Of a stretch of 64,000 nucleotides of DNA, positions 37,796-50,467 are shown piece by piece. The position numbers were made by a program, and so were the translations under genes. The DNA is taken from the NCBI RefSeq assembly GCF_011386835.1, contig NC_088791.1, positions 153,450,001 through 153,514,000 of the forward strand, in the 5' to 3' direction. A model generated the notes under the pieces. The model made no database searches. It was not told the DNA's origin and worked only from the letters and a program-made list of their open reading frames with translations. The first letter of the stretch is position 1. Each line of letters opens with the position of its first letter. This DNA is from Chrysemys picta bellii (taxonomy: Eukaryota).

Positions 37796-38456
37796 ATGAA
37801 GAAACACTTATGATGCTCCCACCTCCAGTAATGAGCTCTCTTCTCCCTATCTTTCTTCCTAGAATTTACAAGCATCTTTTTCATAGTCATTTTTTATTTA
37901 TTAAGGGGGAGGTTTTCAAAAGGGATTTGTCCTCCTCAAGCCTTTAGGTCTTTATAAAAATCCCAGCCTAAGAGTTATCAGTGTGCTTGTCCTTGTGTAA
38001 AAGCCAGAGAGTGATACACTCCAAATCCAGATAATGGTGAGCACCCTGACCCTACACTACTGCTATGTCCTGCCATACCAGACATGCCATGTGGATGACA
38101 GAAGTCTGCCTAAGTACAGTCTTCTACTTAGCACACAGAAATGTAGGGCTAGCCCTGGTGAGTGTACTATACAACTAAAAAAAAAAAAAATCCTGGAGTC
38201 TGATTATAATTCAGATAAATTCCCCAGCACTCTCTGCACTGAACCTCTTGTAGTGTCACAGAGCAGAATGTAAAATGTCTGAGAATGGTTCTTCAAAACA
38301 ACAGCAACGCCACAGTGCGATCAGGCACTAAACATGTAAAAACAACAGCAAAGAAACAAAACTGGGACCAAGCATCTGAAACCAGGGACAGTGTCATGAA
38401 AACCCAGCCAGTGGTGTGTTTCTACTATGAAAGGAAAGGGGGGTAGTTACTTATGA

Positions 38457-38596
38457 NNNNNNNNNNNNNNNNNNNNNNNNNNNNNNNNNNNNNNNNNNNN
38501 NNNNNNNNNNNNNNNNNNNNNNNNNNNNNNNNNNNNNNNNNNNNNNNNNNNNNNNNNNNNNNNNNNNNNNNNNNNNNNNNNNNNNNNNNNNNNNNN
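38457..38596. other. Assembly gap (140 N)
   Basis: Run of N. Confidence 1.
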
Positions 38597-38670
38597 CACA
38601 CTCCAGCAGTTGATAGCAGGTACCTGCTCAGAAGGGAGGAGGGGGGAACGAAGCTGGAAGGTTGTTTTTT

Positions 38671-38722
38671 AGTGAGAGTGAGAGAGAGAGAGAGTGTGCG
38701 TGTGTGTGTGTATGTGTGTGTG
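38671..38722. repeat. Compound (GA)n(GT)n microsatellite
   Basis: AGTGAGAGTGAGAGAGAGAGAGAGTGTGCGTGTGTGTGTGTATGTGTGTGTG. Confidence 0.9.
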
Positions 38723-41709
38723 AACAAAGGCTTTTAATAAGTGTCAGTTGTGAGCATCTTTTAAAGTAATTAATGCACCCACACAAAAATTGTTAAAATG
38801 AAATTTTAAGGAATTGTCTCAAATGAATTAATTAACAACAAAAAATCACTGCAGAACATTGTGTCTTTTTGTATTAAATAAAGGAGTAAAGACTAACAGG
38901 AGGGGATCCTGTGATATGGCATTTTAAGATGTTCTTGCTGTAAAAACTTAAGGTACATAGACAGGCTGCCAGAAACCAAATACAAACAAGGATACAAATG
39001 TGGGAGCAGATCCTCCCTCAGCCTGTGTGGGATGCAGAGGGGCTTTGAGCGGCATATCAGGTATTGGACAATCTCCTGCAAAGGGGACTAATCCATCTGC
39101 ATCCTGCAAAGTTCTCTGCAGAACAGTGATGTTTGCTCATCATATTCACCCCAGTTTTGTCCATAGGGGCAAAAGCGTTTGAATGACCAGGGAGGGGTCT
39201 CCTTAAGCAGGTCATGTACCCCTCAAACTCTGCATATATATAAACACCTGAGTGCACAGGAATCATTTCTCATATAACTAGTTACTTCTCCATTGTGGGT
39301 GTAACTAAAGGTCAAGTGGCAGTGACCAGGATGCAGAGTACGGATGCCAGGTGCTCAGGGGTCTATCTTTCCCTTTCTCCATCTGCACATTTCCCTTAGT
39401 TTCAACACATGCAGAATCCACCCCATTTTGAGGGCATAAATCTAGCAATAAATACAAAGCACGCCTGGCTTTTTGCATTGCTGATTTGCTTGTATGTCCT
39501 GGATCTGCTCATTCTTTTTGAAATTTCCAGACAAAAGTCCTGGTTAAAGTGTAGTCTACTCAGAAACTGAGCTTTGGCATTGTTTGTCTCTCAGTGACTC
39601 CCAAACAAACGTGCTCACTTTATACATATAAAGAGGCTCTGTCTAACTGCCAGTGCCAGCAACTTGCCTTAGCATCTGGAGGTGTCAAGCTGGGTTCTTG
39701 CCTACTTAATAGCCATCACCAAGAAACCTAGCTCAACTGAGTGTAGTGCAGGAGCAATTGAGGAGATGTAATAAGACTACTGGAGATGTTGCTCAAGAGG
39801 GAATGAACCCAGCATGATTACAATCTGGTTTAGATATAGGTCTAAAACCTGCCCCCAAGGACATGTAGGATCTGATAGGTGGAGTAATTCCACTGCACAC
39901 TCAGGTAGGTTATAGAGCCTTTAGAAGGTGAGTTATGTGGATACTTCTACAGTCCCTGTGTTGCAGTAGTGGGGATAGAGTTGATGTGTGGGTGCTAAGA
40001 GGCCTTAGAGAGAGAATTCCATCGTCCCCCTCTTGGTCTCCCCTCCAATTTCCCTTTAATCAGAGACTAAGAGGATTTTGCTCATAGACACTACAGTTTT
40101 GTACCCATAATAGAATGAGAGAATGGTTCTCACTTGAAGCAAAGCAGATAACTTAGGTTGTGGTCTCTGCCAGAATGTGGAGGCTGAGATCATACTAAAG
40201 CTTTGTGAGCTCCATTTGGTGCCTTTTACTTCCGTCTTGTTTCTCTCTCTGCAGGGGATGTGAAACTAGATTTGTCCTGTTTCCACAGCAGGGTTTTGGT
40301 TTATTTTGTTTTTCCATAGCATTTCATTCCATGGCCCAACTCCAGATGAGAGTGTACTGCAGAGACAGATTTGAATGTCAGCTAGAAAATGTCTTGGGTA
40401 TGATACACCCTTCATTGTTGTAAATTATGGTAGCTAGAAAATTACGGTACATTTTCAATGCATCAATACAATCGCTAAATTATCATGTTGACTATTTATC
40501 CCTTAGCATAAAGCAAAACTATATCAGACAGGTTTGCTGAAGGATGTTTAGTGGTGTAAGCTTCAAGATTGAAACTCCTTGATTCTGTGTAGTCCAGGGC
40601 CAAATTCCAACAGCCATTCATCTCTTTATACCTCTGTGAAAGGTAAATTGAAGTTCATGCAATTTATTTTAATGGTTTTCCAGATGAGTCCTTAAAACTG
40701 AGGTCCGGTTAGGTCAGGATCATCATATAAAAGAGACTGGGGCAGTTTGGGAAGAGGAGGAGTCGGCTTTGCTGTATGCAGCCACAACTTTCCCCTTCCC
40801 TACTGTTGTGCAGTATGCTGTGCTCCATTCATCTCTCAGCTTGATGTTTTATCACAGAGGTGGTTGCATTTCTGGTAGTTCTGGGTGTATGTATAGCACA
40901 TTGGGCTCTTTCAGAATGAAAGGTCCTGTTTAAGTATAATATATTGTTTTAAGTTTACAATCTAATGTGGGCTATTGACCATATAGCTCTCATTAAATGT
41001 ACAGTCATGGCATTTACTCATCTGCTTCCCTCACCAACTTCTTTCTGAGTGTATCGTAGGCAGCACAGCTTACATATTTGTGTTGATCTCATTCCCAAGT
41101 GATTTGTCGGCATGGTGTGTTATGAAATACAAGGTCAATAACAGGCCAAGCATTTGACAGCATGGTATTGTGTTGTACACTAGGAAAGGAGAGCTCAAGA
41201 GTAGCTAGGCAAATCCCAGGTCTTTCGATGTGCCTTGAAAGCAGTGCAGTCAGCCTTCAGGAGTTGGAGCATGGTGAGGTTCCTGAGTTGCTCTCTGTCA
41301 TTCATAGCAGGACAGAGTATGGTTCTGACAGAGGCAGAGTGCCCACAATGCTTATTAAAGTCAGAGAATTAAAGGACTGGTTTCTTGGCATCATTTACAT
41401 TCAACGCCTGTCCTCTTCTAGCACTGTCCAGTAACACAGAGCCAAACAATATATATTGGCATATTAAAGCCTTTCCAAAGCATGAACTTGAGAAGGTAGG
41501 GCATAAAAGCATCATTCTTCATTGGCCTTTCTTTCCCTTGGTAGCTATGAGCTACTCCAGCTATACTCCATTATAGTCCCATAATGTTTTCCCCCAATCC
41601 GCCACACTTTTCTAGTAACAAAAAACAAAACAAACAACAACAACAACAACAAAATAAATAAAAGTTGAGTGAGCCAGAAGGGGGGCACTGCTCTAAAGAA
41701 ATCACCGCC

Positions 41710-41835
41710 AGTGGAATTTTTACAAACACTCAGCGTTGGTCTAGCTCTGCTCCGATTGAAGTCAATAGGAGTTTTACCATTACGTCAGTGGAGCAAAGTT
41801 AGGCCAACGCTGAGTGCTTTTGACAATCCGATCCC
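41710..41835. mobile_element. Short palindromic MITE-like relic, same family as 62875-63000
   Basis: CACTCAGCGTTGG...CCAACGCTGAGTG inverted arms around an ATTGAAGTCAATAGGAG core. Confidence 0.6.
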
Positions 41836-42174
41836 TCTTTTATAAATTTGGCTATTACAACTGCACCTTCCCTTTAATACATATTTCTCTGGGTCTGACT
41901 CTGGGGTGGGGAGATTCCTCCTCTAAATATCAGGTAAATGTTCTCTATTTTTACTGTTTGTCTTCAGCACAATCAAATGCAAGCTTCTGCCTCTCCTTGC
42001 ATCCCATTTAGACTTAAACCAACACAAACACATTGGCTTTTCTAAAGATTGTTTCCACCCTGTTGCTCTTTCATCTGACCCTTCTTCTGTCTGTAGGAGA
42101 ACTAACTTAACCTGTCTGGAAAGCTAACACCTTAATTTTCAGAGAAGGGAGGTAATGATGACTAAATAAGATAA

Positions 42175-42245
42175 GGGTCAAATCTTAGTCCCATTGAAAT
42201 AAATGGCTGAGCTCCAATTGATGTCACTGGGACTCAGATTTGGCC
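42175..42245. mobile_element. 71-bp palindromic MITE with TAA/TTA flanks
   Basis: GGGTCAAATCTTAGTCCCA ... TGGGACTCAGATTTGGCC inverted arms. TAA at 42172-42174 and TTA at 42246-42248. Confidence 0.7.
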
Positions 42246-42248
42246 TTA

Positions 42249-42332
42249 AGGTCTCTTTCAATCCTAATCTTCTATGATTCTATGATTATCAAATCTACTG
42301 CACTGAACAAACATCCCAGTGCATCCAAGAAC
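42249..42332 (+). repeat. Exact inverted copy of 36207-36290 (39 bp CR1 tail plus 45 bp unique flank)
   Basis: Base-by-base comparison gives 84/84 identity to the reverse complement of 36207-36290. Identity stops at both ends. Confidence 0.97.
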
Positions 42333-42724
42333 CCATTGTCCAACGGACCTGAGAGAATCCAGACAGCCAATGAAAAACATGACTAAGTCAATCCAAACTA
42401 AAATGGAAGCTTGTTATGCAAGATCATCTGTCTCCCCATTTATTTTCTCTTATTTGTCTATACAGTAGTGTCTGAGGCTATGCCTTTGGCCAAATTCCCT
42501 CAAACCCATCTGTAAAGGGCATGTACCACTACATTCCTCAAACTGCAGTGCCAAGCATTGTGAATGAAACACGATGAAAGGAGGAAGGAGGTTCATTCTC
42601 AGGTACCCTTTAAAGGAAATGAACATATTTGGGGCAGTCGGCTGTTAGCTTGCACTAGGAATCCATGTCCTCAGAGAGCAGATTTCACCTCTTTGAATTC
42701 TAGCTTTTAATGAAAAGATAAAAA

Positions 42725-43115
42725 AGAAGTATTGCCTGGTGGTTACAGCAGAGAACTGGGTGTCCAGAGAGAGCCAGGACAACAGGGAGTGGAGGACTAG
42801 GAGGCAGGAGAGGACTGGGATGACAGGGAATGAGGGACTGTGAGTCTGGAGAGGACTGGGTGATGGTATGGGGGACTTGGAGGCAGGAGAGGGCTTAGGA
42901 TGACAGGGAATGGGAGTTGAGTGGACTGGGACAACAGGGAGCAGGAAACTGGGAGTCTTAATTCTATTCCCAGCTGTTGATTTGTAATCCTGGGCTATCC
43001 TCTCTGTTCCTCAGTTGTCCCCATCTGTAAAATGGGTAGGATAATACTTATCCATCTTTGCTAAATACTGTGAGAGCCTCTGTCAAAAGGTACTACAGAG
43101 GGCAAAATAATCTTA
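42725..43115 (+). mobile_element. MIR-like SINE with an internally amplified purine-rich repeat in the tRNA head
   Basis: GCCTGGTGGTTACAGCAGAGAACTGGG, then about 190 bp of GGACTGGGA(T)GACAGGGA-like repeats, then CCTCAGTTGTCCCCATCTGTAAAATGGG. Confidence 0.65.
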
Positions 43116-43804
43116 AAAGAATAACAGTCAGGCCCCTAATCTAGTATCACTCACTCATCTTGTTGCAGATGTGTGCAGTCTCTAAAGCATAACAAAGGAT
43201 ACCTGACTCTGTGTGTGTGTGAGGTGGTAGGGCAGGCAGAATAGAGATTCTACTTCCATGAAGCTGGGGGTGCATTTGAAAACATTTCCCTACACACTGT
43301 TGTAAACCAGAGTTTTCCCTTTCCACATTTCTTGTAGGAGTTGAATTTTCCAGTTGGCTTGACTTTGCTGTCAAAAAAGTCAAGCTGATTTTTTTCTTTG
43401 CTCTGATTAAGTTAATAATGGGGTGAATAAAATGTTAAGAGCAATTAAGCCAGGGAGAGTTTTTAATCTGTTTAAAAACAAAACACAATAAACCAACTTA
43501 ATATATCCAACGTTACAGAGATATTTTGAAGCCTCTCCGTTCTCTGTTGAAAGCACCATGTAAAATCAGAAGTTTCCATTCTATGGAAGTCTTTTTTTTT
43601 TCTGACCTTCAAGCCATGTGTGTTGAAGCCACAAGTACCAATAATGTTTTTCTTCCTTGTTGTTACTTCAACTTCGGGGTTAGGGTTTCTCATGAAGATG
43701 AAATGGCATTCATTTTTTGCTGTGTACATGATCACTTAGGCCCAGATTATGCTCTTCTGTAAAAATACTGAACAGAAAACTCCATGGCCTTGAAGCAAAG
43801 AGGG

Positions 43805-43995
43805 AAGGTTTTGTACTTAGGGCGCACGACTGTGACTTAGGAGATCTGGGTTCTTTTGTGTCTCTGTCTGCGTGACCCAGGGCAAGCCTTCTCTGCCTTC
43901 ACTCCCCACTTGTAAAATGGAGATGATAAGACTTCCCTACTTCACAGGTGTCTGAAACTAAATCTATGGATATTTGTGAGGTTCTCAGACACTGG
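43805..43995 (+). mobile_element. MIR-like SINE
   Basis: GACTTAGGAGATCTGGGTTC...GGGCAAG...CCCCACTTGTAAAATGGAGATGATA. Confidence 0.65.
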
Positions 43996-45292
43996 TAATG
44001 ACCCCAGTAACTAATAGAAGTATTGGTGGATTTTCCACTGTTCACAATGGATAGTGAGGTGTTTCCCTCCCAGCACAAAGATGTCTTGAGGTTTGTTAGG
44101 AAATCTGGTATAGAATGGGGAATGCAGATTGGAGCTCCATACTACTTTCTGAGAACATCCATCTCCTTGCCAGCATGTGCTTGAGACAAGCTCCTCCTTT
44201 TCCCCACTTTATGGGCAGTGAAGTTTGACAGCATAAGATGGGAGTCCACATAACAGGTCAGCATGATCCCCACACGTCTGAAGAGGGATGCTGCTGCAGC
44301 AAGTGGTCTTGCAATCTGGCCAGTAGTTCGGACAATGAAGCAGATTTCTTGCTCCTTCATTCTCTTCCACTGCAAAAAGCAGTGGCTCCTAAGCTGTGAT
44401 CCACCAAATGTCATGTAGCAGTAGTGATCTGCCTGTTATTGATTATTCACTGGTTTATTGGTGCTAAAGAAGCTTATCATATATGCCCTGGGCACAACAG
44501 AGGGACAGAGCTGTACCTGTGCATATGTGCTGACGCCTTGAAAATTCTGTTGCCCATTCACCCAGGGCAAGCAATTCTGTCTGATGGGCAAGCAAACTAT
44601 ATGTTATATTAATACTGGGACAGGCTATCACATTTTTGCCTGTAGTGTTAGATTTTCATGCCAGATTTGCAAGGATGATATCCTGCATGAAGAGCAACTG
44701 AAGATCTATATTTATTAATACATTAAAAACTCAGTTAGGAAATAGTGATGATTGACAATATGTATTGCTGGAGCCTACTTAACATCCAGAAAATGTATTA
44801 TAATTTCCATAGAATAATTTTTCTGTCTGAAAAAACCCAAACCCTCATAACAGTGAAAGTCTGCGCATATACAATTATGGGACGCGGCCGTTAATCATTC
44901 ATGCCATATCTTCCTTTTTCACTTTCTAACACCTTTTGCATGTTACACTTCCCCACCTGATCCAAGCTATACTCTATTGCCACGTTCTGAATAATATATT
45001 GTTGCATATGTACAGAAAAAATAGTATGTTTTTTTATTATTATTATTTAGGGAGAGCTAGCAAAAAGCCTATGTGCCAGTTAGGTCCCATCCTGAGACAG
45101 GGAAGCACAGTTTCCTCCCTGATCCTTTACTTCTTGTCCTTGTCTGTCCTGGTACCTCGCCCCACTCCATTCCTTTGTTCTGTACACTTTAAGCAACATT
45201 AAGCAAAACATTTCTTTACAAATGGTAAATTATGGCATCTGTAACCCAAGAGAATAAAAACCCAAGGTTGCTAACTTTGTGCATTCTTCCAA

Positions 45293-45358
45293 TTAGCCCT
45301 GTCTGAATGGGTGCTAATATTTGTTTCTTAGCCCTGTCTGAATGGGTGCTAATATTTG
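45293..45358 (+). repeat. Exact 31-bp tandem duplication with a 4-bp spacer
   Basis: TTAGCCCTGTCTGAATGGGTGCTAATATTTG at 45293-45323 and 45328-45358. Confidence 0.95.
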
Positions 45359-47104
45359 CTTTTTTCTTCATTGATGATTAGAGTTGAGTTTGGGCTGCAG
45401 AATTTAGAGCCAGATTTTGGAAAACATCAACGTTTGAATTGGGTTTTGTTTCATGCCCATGTTTAGTACTGATAGCGTTCAACTTTGTTCTCTAAGGCTG
45501 AGTCCTGCAACTTGTTCTGCTTGAGTAGAACTCTGTGCTCAGACAGAGTCCCACTGACTTCCAGAACAGGTTGCAGGAGTGGAGGCCAAGTCGTTTTCAG
45601 ATGGCTTCTAATTTCAAGTTCTCTGTATGAAATCCTAACTGCCTTACTTTTTTTTTTAGAGTCATCCTCATCCAGGCAAAACCCCCAGTGGACCAGAATT
45701 TGATCTCAGTCACACCAGCGTATATCTGGAGTAAACTATTGATTTTAGTGGAGTTCCCCCAGTTTTACAATGTAATAGACAGAAACTGGCTCATTGACTT
45801 CAATAGGAATGTGCCTGGATAAGGACCTCAGGATTTGCCAACTGATTTTGGCCACCTGGGCCATATTCATCCCTCATTTAACTCCAGTGATATTAGTCAA
45901 GTTACACATGGGATGAATTTGAACTGCAGTGTCTATGTAATTACACCTTTCCTTCCACCGCTTACATTTTACTAAAGTTTAATTGCTCTGTATTCTGAGT
46001 GCAGCTTACTTGTTGTGGTTAGGGATGCTCAGATGTGGTTGATACCAGGGCGATAAGTATGCTATTATAGCTTAGATGGATAGATGCTAATAGCTAATTC
46101 AGTGGGGAAGAGCAAGATTCTGTGGTATATAAAAAAAAAGCATTGAGACATTTTGAGAGAGATCCATTTTCTTACCAGACATGACTTCAGAGTGTCTCTC
46201 CAACTTCTGAAAAGAAGTATAAATTTCAAACTGAAAACAAATATGTGTGGTAAGAGCTTCTAATGGGAAAAAATACAAGCAAAACTTAGAAGGGACATAA
46301 CATGGACCAGGTGCCCCTTTTATTTTGGACAAATTTGGAAGGGAACCCTCTCAAAACATGTATGTTTAAACAAGCCAAGTTCATCACTGCTGATAACACC
46401 TCATGCCACATCAACACTTGTTCCCCAGTCCATGCAGGAAGGGGGGACTCGCCCACTTTGCTGTCATCCCTCAGGAGATGAATGTGAGAGAACTAAGCAG
46501 TTCAGAGTGTATGAAGTCTGAGAAACGACAGTGTTTTGCACTAACAGTAGCTGCACGAGGTTATCTGAGGACAGTGCCTGGCTCCACTGGCTGATTGCTT
46601 AAAGTGTTAAAAAAAACAGGTAATGGGGACATCTTTTAAGCAAACCAAATATCCATTTTTGCTATGCAGTCTCTGTTGGGAAGAATGTAATTTTACGTGA
46701 GTTGCATTGGATGAGTAAGAATTTGTTGTGTTTTGACTTGATCCAGTAAATTCCCATTTAAACAGTTGTCCCTAAGAGTGTGTCAACTCTTTTTTCCCCA
46801 AGCTGTCTTGTGAAAAGAAAAACAAGTACATTCATGTTAAAAGTTTAAGTTAAGTCAAAAAATTTAAGAAACTCTTGCATTAAAGGAACATTATGTTGAG
46901 AATATTTTTTTCAGACACAAATTTCTTTTCTGACAGTTTTTGCTTTGATTATGTAAAGTAAATTTTAAAAAACCTACTTTACTTTTCATTATTTTAATAC
47001 CGTTTATTTCCCTTCTAAGTTTGGACCATGGAAACAGACTTGTCAGTTTCATGTTTGTTTATAGTTGAAAGTTTCACTTTCAAAGTCTCATATATCCTTC
47101 ATAT

Positions 47105-47220
47105 TAATAGTACTTAGCACTTACACAGCACTTTTAATCTGTAGAGCTCAAAGAAATTTAAAAAGGAAGGTTAAATTATCATCATTTTACCGTGAGGGAA
47201 ACTGAAGCTCAGATAGGTAC
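47105..47220 (-). mobile_element. MIR/L2-tailed SINE relic
   Basis: TACTTAGCACTTACACAGCACTTTTAATCTG...CATTTTACCGTGAGGGAAACTGAAGCTCAGA. Confidence 0.55.
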
Positions 47221-48084
47221 AGATGTCCATGGTACTACTTGTGATATTTTGACATCATGTAACATTTTTGTTTCCTTGTGTGGAAATAAACTGTTGACAA
47301 CAACTACACTTAATTATTCTTATTCAGAGAATTCAGGCAGAATGGACTGTAGTGATGATATGCTCATATTTAAAGAAATCTGCATCACAGTTGATAATAC
47401 ATATTCCGCTGAATAGCACTAAGGTGACCACCTCCAATAGCACCATTTGACTTTCTGTAATGTTACACTTTGGAAACACTTGCTACCATGGTATCTATCT
47501 AAGCACCAGCACCATTAGCACAATACTGGACTGTTTGTGTTACACTCACTGAATGATAATGGGTTTATTTGTTTTGGAGAAATGTTATGAAATGATGGAA
47601 ACATTTTTATTGGTTTTAAATGTTATAAAAGTCTATTTCTACACAACTGAAATAATGAAGAAAATCTGACCTGAGCGCATCCCTTAAATCTGATCTACTG
47701 GCCCTTAATTTATAGGTGTTGCACACTGGACATCAAAGTCAGATTTAATCCTAAATTTCATTGCATGTGTGAGACCCTTTATAATTTAAAATTTATAACT
47801 GTTTAATATGCAATTAATATACCAAAATGTTCTTAGCCAAAAATGGCTCTATTTTTCAAAGGCTTTGCCCTCATAAAGGGCCCTCATCTTTGACATCAGT
47901 AAGAGTTTTGTTGTTGTCTTCAATGGGAGCATGAATGGACCTAAGCGAATACTGAAAATCTACCTGTCTTGTTCTGCACACACTTGCATAGCTGGTTAAT
48001 CTATTAACGAAACATCTCCTATGAACCAATTTCAGAGGAATTTTCAAAGTTACAGATTTGAAGGTCAGATGAGACCATTATTAT

Positions 48085-48396
48085 TAAGGCTGTAAGAAAA
48101 TCACAGGTAGCAATTTTGTTGCAGAAACTGCAACTTTGAACACAAGCCACAACTTTTTGTAGTTGTCAAAACTTTTAGAGGTCTTGCGACCCTATGCACC
48201 AGATCACAATGCCATTCTCTCAAATTTGGCTTGGCCACCCCTCCTTCATGTTTACCTTTTAGAGCCCGATGGGACACACGGTATCTCTTCTGCACTGCTG
48301 CCCTGCTTTGGAAGGTAGGCTGCATGCCTTGAGCCCGAACTTTAACAAACTAGCCGCAACTTTTCAACCAAAATATCACAACTTTCTTATAGCCTA
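48085..48396. mobile_element. hAT-like MITE nested in a CR1 tail stub (about 48045-48420)
   Basis: TIRs TAAGGCTGTAAGAAA and TTTCTTATAGCCTA. Degenerate 8-bp flanks ATTATTAT and GTTGTGAT. The CR1 tail GAGACCATT...GTGATCATATAGCCTGA is split around it. Confidence 0.6.
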
Positions 48397-48479
48397 GTTG
48401 TGATCATATAGCCTGATGTTTACTCTTGCCATTGAGATATGCCACACTTCCTCTCAGTTCTTTGTCTAATCTTTCTTAC

Positions 48480-49253
48480 TATGGCAAATTGCCGGCACTA
48501 TTATGAGGGGTCCCGCGCTTTCTCCTCTTGTGGGAGTTCAGGGCACCATTTCTCATCCCTGAACTGGGGTATCAACTGTCCCACTAGTGTCCCAGAAAAG
48601 GGGAGTGGAGAGGGAGGGACCCAGGCCTGCCCTCTACTCTGGGTCCCAGCCCAGGGGCCCTAGGGATAGCAGCGAACCACTTGAACTAGCAATTCCTTCC
48701 CCTGGGCTACTTCCCTCTCTGGCCCTTCAGCTTGTGGGGCTACCTGCCCTCTCTCCGCTTGGGCCAAGTTTCTCCCAACTCCTTGTGTCTGTAGAGTCCC
48801 TCTGCTCTGCGCAAGCCGGGTTTCCCTTTACCTAGGGTCTTGGTCTTCTGGCCCGCCACAGCACTTCTTCAAACTGCTCTCCTCCAAACTGCTCTCTGCT
48901 CCAACACCAAACCACTCCGCTTCAACTCCTTCAAACTGCTTTCCTCCAAACTGCTCTCCACTCCTACCCCAAACCACTCTGCTTCAACCCCTTCAAACTG
49001 TTTTCCTCCAAACTGCTCTCTGCTCCAACACCAAACCACTCTGCTTCAACTCCTTCAACTGTCTAATTGAAGCAGGGGGGTTTATCAGGTGACTGGTTTC
49101 AGGTGCTCTAATTGGCTTAATTGGTTTCAGGTGCTCTAATTAATCTGTAACAGCCTCTCTTCCCTCTACAGGGAATAAGGCTCTCCTCATCCTGGGGCTT
49201 ACATATCTCCCATCGATCACTCTCCTGCTGCCCTCTGGCCATGCTATATCACA
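48480..49253 (-). mobile_element. Solo LTR (Gypsy or ERV1 type), 774 bp
   Basis: On the minus strand it begins TGTGATATAGC and ends GCCATA (decayed CA). 4-bp TSD TTAC at 48476-48479 and 49254-49257. No internal sequence. Confidence 0.85.
48867..49060. repeat. 62-bp tandem repeat, about 3.1 copies, inside the LTR
   Basis: Units start at 48867, 48929 and 48991 (CTTCAAACTG...CCTCCAAACTGCTCTC...CCAAACCACTC.GCTTCAAC). Confidence 0.92.
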
Positions 49254-50366
49254 TTACATGGAAGGCATTGTATGTGCAGAAGATGCCCAGGACCCTTACA
49301 AGGTTCAAGGATCTAGCTAGTCCTTTTTTGCTATATTTCACATTGGCTGCTTGGTATATTGATGCAAGTTAAAGAATTCCTAATATCTTGTCTGCTTTTA
49401 AACAGCTGATATATATAGTGCAAAACATGAAATCAATACATTTCATTAGGGAAGATTAATAACGTAGATACAGTTCATCCATCCAAAGCACGATGCTTTA
49501 AATTCTATATTTATTCATAAGGAATTATTGTCGTAACCTGGCATATTTTATCATCTTGAGGTTGAGTGATATCAAAATAGGTAAATTCCATAGTTCCTAG
49601 AATCTGACCATATCATAGGAAACATGTTCAGAACTTCCAAATACAGCTTGTATCAAAAGAGCAAGAAATATAAGGCCTTAATTGGCAACTTTGGTCACAC
49701 AAGTTGCTCTTACTCATCTGAGTAAGAACCCAGACCCAAAGTGACTTTGAAAACAGGGCCATGTTTTGCACTAAGAAACAATCTGAGTGATCGAAATTGG
49801 GCTCTTTGTCCTACACTTATCTAGATACGTTACTTTGCAAGGACCAGATGGAATAGCTACAGTATCAGTGCGCTATGGGTCACATTGGAATGTTGTTCCT
49901 TGAACCTTGTAAGGATATTCCTGCTTCTGAGTCCAGACCCTAGATCTGCATTTAGCAATTAATATGGGTAATTCACATCACTCTTGCTGTATTTTATTTA
50001 TTTTTCCCAAATATACTATTTCTCACCCTCCTCTTAACTGAGCAGAATGGAACTTAGCTATATGAAATTTCTAAGGAAATACAATGTGCACATCTAGATT
50101 TCTTACTATACCCACTTGACCCATTATTGCAAGATGCTAATCTAGTTGTGTGATGCTGCTTGCACAGATTTACACCCTCTTCAGAAATTGGTTGTGTGCC
50201 TAAATTGTGGACAAAGAGACTGAGACTCAATGTGTATGCCCAAATGCTTAGTTTTTCAAAGCATGGGTGCAGATGAATATTTAGCCCCTACAGTTACTAC
50301 AACAGTTTTTGTGTGGGCATTTCCTTGGTTTTTTTTTCCAAGGGGTTCTTTAGTAAGTGGATTACT

Positions 50367-50467
50367 GATTTAGTAGGGAATTGGTCCTGCTTTGAGCAGG
50401 GGGTTGGACTAGATGACCTCCTGAGGTCCCTTCCAACCCTGATATTCTATGATTCTATGATTCTATG
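50367..50467 (+). mobile_element. CR1 3' stub with three ATTCTATG octamers
   Basis: TTGGTCCTGCTTTGAGCAGGGGGTTGGACTAGATGACCTCCTGAGGTCCCTTCCAACCCTGAT(ATTCTATG)x3. Confidence 0.95.

Noticed and set aside
48867-49060. 62-bp repeats as a CRISPR-like array
   Set aside because: The units are contiguous with no unique spacers, lie inside an LTR, and the DNA is eukaryotic.
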